Shown piece after piece: positions 62,148 to 64,000 of a DNA stretch of 64,000 nt (positions within the stretch are counted from its first letter, which is position 1; the number at the start of each line of letters is the position of its first letter). Below the pieces are notes generated by a model that was not told where the DNA came from, ran no database searches, and saw only the letters and a list, made by a program, of their open reading frames with translations. The stretch is from Octopus vulgaris (lineage: Eukaryota): positions 12,896,001 through 12,960,000 of the forward strand of contig OX597817.1 of NCBI GenBank assembly GCA_951406725.2, read 5' to 3'. Made by a program: the position numbers and the translations under genes.

Positions 62148-62551
62148 TAGGCACAGGAGTGGCTGTGTTGTAAGTAGCTTGCTAACCTACCACATGGTTG
62201 CGGGTTCAGTCCCACTGCGTGGCATCTTGGGCAAGTGTCTTCTGCTATAGCCCCGGGCCGACCAATGCCTTGTGAGTGGATTTGGTAGACGGAAACTGAA
62301 AGAAGCCTGTCGTATATATCTATATATATATATGTGTGTGTGTTTGTGTTTGTGTGTCTGTGTTTGTCCCCCTAGCATTGCTTGACAACCGATGCTGGTG
62401 TGTTTACGTCCCCGTCACTTAGCAGTTCGGCAAAAGAGACCAATAGAATAAGTACTGGGCTTACAAAGAATAAGTCCCGGGGTCGATTTGCTCGACTAAA
62501 AGGCGGTGATCCAGCATGGCCGCAGTCAAATGACTGAAACAAGGAAAAGAG
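62148..62551 (+). mobile_element. SINE family A
   Basis: Full-length copy. Confidence 0.9.
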
Positions 62552-62744
62552 ATGCTAGTGGACAACCTATAGACAGAGGAAATGACAGTAACATCATTTC
62601 CCATAGCTCAGCACAAATGTAAACACACACACATGATGGGCTTCTTCAGTTTTTATCTACCAAATCCACTCACAAGGATTTTGTCAACCCAGGACTGCAG
62701 TACAGTGGGACTGAACCCAAAACCACATGGTCAGGAAGGGAAAA

Positions 62745-63370
62745 GTGTGAGTGAGTGAGTGAGTGAGTGAGTGAGTGAGTGAGTGAGTGAGTGAGTGAGT
62801 GAGTGAGTGAGTGAATGAGTGAGTGAGTGAGTGAGGAGTGAGGAGTGAGTGAGTGAGTGAGGAGTGAGTGAGTGAGTGAGTGAGGAGTGATTGATTGAGT
62901 GAGTGAGTGAGTGAGTGAGTGAGGAGTGAGTGAGTGAGTGAGGAGTGAGGAGTGAGTGAGTGAGTGAGTGAGTGAGTGAGTGAGGAGTGAGGAGTGAGTG
63001 AGTGAGTGAGTGAGTGAGTGAGTGAGTGAGTGAGGAGGAGTGAGTGAGTGAGTGAGTGAGGAGTGAGTGAGTGAGTGAGGAGTGAGTGAGTGAGGAGTGA
63101 GTGAGTGAGTGAGTGAGTGAGAGAGAGAGAGAGAGTGAGTGAGTGAGTGAGTGAGTGAATGAGTGAGTGAGTGAGTAAGTGAGGAGTGAGGAGTGAGTGA
63201 GTGAGTGAGTGAGTGAGTGAGTGAGTGAGTGAGTGAGTGAGTGAGTGAGTGAGTGAGTGAGTGAGTAAGTGAGGAGTGAGTGAGTGAGTGAGTGAGTGAG
63301 TGAGTGAGTGAGTGAGTGAGTGAGTGAGTGAGTGAGTGAGTGAGAGAGAGAGAGAGAGAGGGAGAGAGAG
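62745..63370. repeat. (GAGT)n microsatellite, ~620 bp, with GAG interruptions
   Basis: Directly visible. Confidence 0.97.
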
Positions 63371-63588
63371 ATCATCATCAGCATTTAACATCTGTTTTCC
63401 ATGCTGGCATTAATTGGACTGTTTGATAGGATCCAACAAATCTTAAGACCATGTTATGTTCCCATATCTATTTTGTCGTGGTTTCTACAGCTGGATGCCC
63501 TTCTTAACACCAATCCCTTCACAGAGTATAATGGGTATTTTTTGTTGCACCAGCACTACCGAGGTTGTCTTGCAATTTACAATACTAT

Positions 63589-64000
63589 AGGCGCAGGAGT
63601 GGCTGTGTGGTAAGTAGCTTGCTAACCAACCACATGGTTCCGGGTTCAGTCCCACTGCATGGAACCTTGGGCAAGTGTCTTCTGCTATAGCCCCGAGCCA
63701 ACCAATGCCTTGTGAGTGGATTTGGTAGACGGAAACTGAAAGAAGCCTGTCGTATATATGTATATATATATAAGTGTGTGTGAATATGTTTGTGTGTGTG
63801 TGTTTGTCCCCCTAGCATTGCTTGACAACCGATGCTGGTGTGTTTACGTCCCCGTCACTTAGCAGTTCGGCAAAAGAGACCGATAGAATAAGTACTGGGC
63901 TTACAAAGAATAAGTCCCGGGGTCGATTTGCTCGACTAAAGGCGGTGCTCCAGCATGGCCGCAGTCAAATGACTGAAACAAGTAAAAAGAGTAAAAAAAA
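63589..64000 (+). mobile_element. SINE family A
   Basis: Full-length copy reaching the window end. Confidence 0.9.

Noticed and set aside
62684-63391. Poly-(LTHS) ORFs and possible telomeric repeat
   Set aside because: This is a (GAGT)n microsatellite, not TTAGGG, and it is internal.

Overview
AT-rich, repeat-dense eukaryotic DNA. The SINE/LINE repertoire suggests an octopus or other coleoid cephalopod (inference). The only host gene is a minus-strand cubilin (CUBN)-like gene that spans the window. I read 13 exons with splice sites and phases; they encode CUB domains collinear with human cubilin CUB2-CUB8. One intron is GC-AG, and the exon for the second half of CUB5 appears to be missing. 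The introns contain four tRNA-derived SINE families, RTE/CR1/R4-Dong/HERO LINE fragments, Tc1/mariner remnants, piggyBac- and pogo-type MITEs, non-autonomous Helitrons and two tandem arrays (63 bp x ~52 and 28 bp x ~18). Two results stand out. (1) A young, structurally intact 4.26-kb Gypsy-derived LTR element whose whole interior is one open 630-aa frame with the RT catalytic core deleted in frame. (2) Two minimal hammerhead-ribozyme-like motifs, one downstream of a tRNA-type Pol III head. Most ORFs in the supplied track, including the >1000-aa ones, are repeat artefacts. All alignments were done by eye and no database searches were run.
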